64,000 bases of DNA from Camelus dromedarius (taxonomy: Eukaryota): contig NC_087436.1 of assembly GCF_036321535.1 (NCBI RefSeq), positions 109,990,001 through 110,054,000 on the forward strand. The letters are read 5' to 3'. Each line of letters opens with the position of its first letter. Position 1 is the stretch's first letter. Below are positions 62,481 through 64,000 of the stretch, one piece after another. The position numbers and the translations under genes are program-made. The notes beneath the pieces are model-generated. The model did no database searches, was not told the DNA's origin, and saw nothing but the letters and a program-made list of their open reading frames with translations.

Positions 62481-62869
62481 CTCAAGTAAAAATTTGCTCC
62501 TGTTTGTCGCAGAGCATCAGTGATTATCAAATAAATGGGGTGATAAGTAGATTAAATGGGATAATTTGAGAAGTTCAACAACAGAGGGTGATTAAGACCC
62601 TAGTTTAAAAAAAAATCAACTTCTTAAACTTTTTAAATAGAAACAGTGCATTCTTCACATTGCCCCTGCCAGCTTATAGGATGTCTTCCTGGAAACTTAC
62701 TGTTCAAGTTTCTTGTTTGGGTCCACGACACTCTGTGGTCCTTGACATAGACAACACCTTGGGAAAAGAGGAAAGAATGAAGGAGGGAACAATGTGTTTC
62801 AGGACATTTGACTTCTCCTATACCTTGATAAATAATTTATTTCCTTTCATATGCATTCAATCTCTGATT

Positions 62870-62990
62870 CCCACACTCAGTTGTAAGCTTTCAGATGAGA
62901 GAATCTGTTTTGTTTTGTTTTATCCTGAGTGCCTAGGATAGTGTGTAGTTCACAGCAGGTATTTATTAAGTAGTTGCTGAATGAATGAAC
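62870..62990 (+). mobile_element. L2 3' terminus
   Basis: tgtaagctttcagatgagagaatctg...gtgcctaggatagtg...cagcaggtatttattaagtagttgctgaatgaatgaa. Confidence 0.8.
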
Positions 62991-63229
62991 TAGCATCAGA
63001 CTTTGAGGCTCCTGGGCTTTAATCACCATTCATTCATCGTGTGCTCTTGGATTATTTATTTGATACCTTACAGCCTTGCTAAATGAGAATGGGAAACTTC
63101 CGCTCAGAGTAGTGGAGTGGTTGAAGGGATGGAGGGTCCAGTACCTAATTCTATCCCTGGCAGGACTCTGGACTTCTTAGTGGCTGCTTCCCCTGCAAAT
63201 GCCTGCCTCTGACCCTTAGTATAAACTAT

Positions 63230-63870
63230 GAAAGCAGAGCATTACCGTGAAATTCACAATCAACTCTGTGGAAATGGTTGGCCATTTAGAGCGTGCTTCC
63301 TCTAGAGAGTTTATACTCCTAATGGTTTGGCTAAATTCTTAGATCACCTTAGTTAAGCATTATCTCAACCGCTAATTTTCATGCCTAATATATTTTTTTT
63401 CAAATTATCCGAGGAACTAAATACTGGCCGGGGAAAGCTTTCTGCTCTCATCCAGAGGGAATTAAGCTAGTCACAATCAAATCTTCTCCCATCAATAACC
63501 AATTTAAGCCATTATCCCAATTAGATATCATTCTGAAAGCAATCTTAATCAATCTAGACTTGATAGGCTTCCTGAAAGAATTGCCTAATTAAACTCTCGA
63601 TAGAACAAAGTGAATCTGCCTAGTCAACCCAATGGTGACAGAAAACCAAGACACAGAGGAGAGTATTTGGAAAATAATCTCAGAGCATCCAACAGAATTC
63701 AGAGGCGAGGAAATGCTCTCCCTCATAGGGTACTGTGAGAGCACAGAGATAATTCACATGAAGCAGTTTTGAGATGCACTCTGAAGGGAGAGCTACAATT
63801 ATTTTGGGAGCGTGGCCTCCATGCCACGTGACTCTTATTTCCGCGCTCTCTAAATTTTAGAGTTCTGCCC
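63230..63870. promoter_or_regulatory. Candidate conserved non-coding element or enhancer
   Basis: TE-free, with dense TAAT/CAATTA/ATCAAT motifs, a CACGTGAC E-box at ~63826 and several retained CpGs. Conservation not tested. Confidence 0.35.
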
Positions 63871-64000
63871 TTCTGTACACCCAGAATCTTGAGATCTCCT
63901 CCATTCTTGGGGGTGTGGTTCAATTTGTTCGCTCCACAAAGTTGCATTTTGAAGAGATAAGGGGAGGCTGAAGTCCAGCCCAGGTACTTCCTCCCCCTAC

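Overview
This is an AT-rich mammalian non-coding region (intergenic or deep intronic). It is very likely camelid (camel, alpaca or llama), because it carries three tRNA-Ala-derived SINEs of the Vic-1 type and camelid-style L1 3' ends. I find no credible protein-coding gene, RNA gene or CRISPR array. The ORF track reflects chance ORFs, microsatellite translations and decayed L1 frames. Much of the window is layered transposon debris: old L1M, L2, MIR, MaLR/MLT1, MLT2, hAT MER5A/MER58, an ERV1-type solo LTR, and younger L1 3' ends and SINEs with target-site duplications (TSDs). The most unusual structures are: (1) a chimeric insertion at 3348-3872 joining non-L1 GC-rich sequence, an L1 5' end and an L1 3' end, with a splice-like AG junction; (2) a 267-bp near-perfect local duplication sitting in the centre of a palindromic (CT)n(AT)n(AG)n microsatellite at 27.7-28.0 kb; (3) repeat-free, CpG-retaining, homeodomain/TALE-motif-rich blocks at about 36.6-37.9 kb and 63.2-63.9 kb that look like enhancers. 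Repeat family names come from recalled consensus sequences, not a database search. Boundaries without a stated TSD are approximate.
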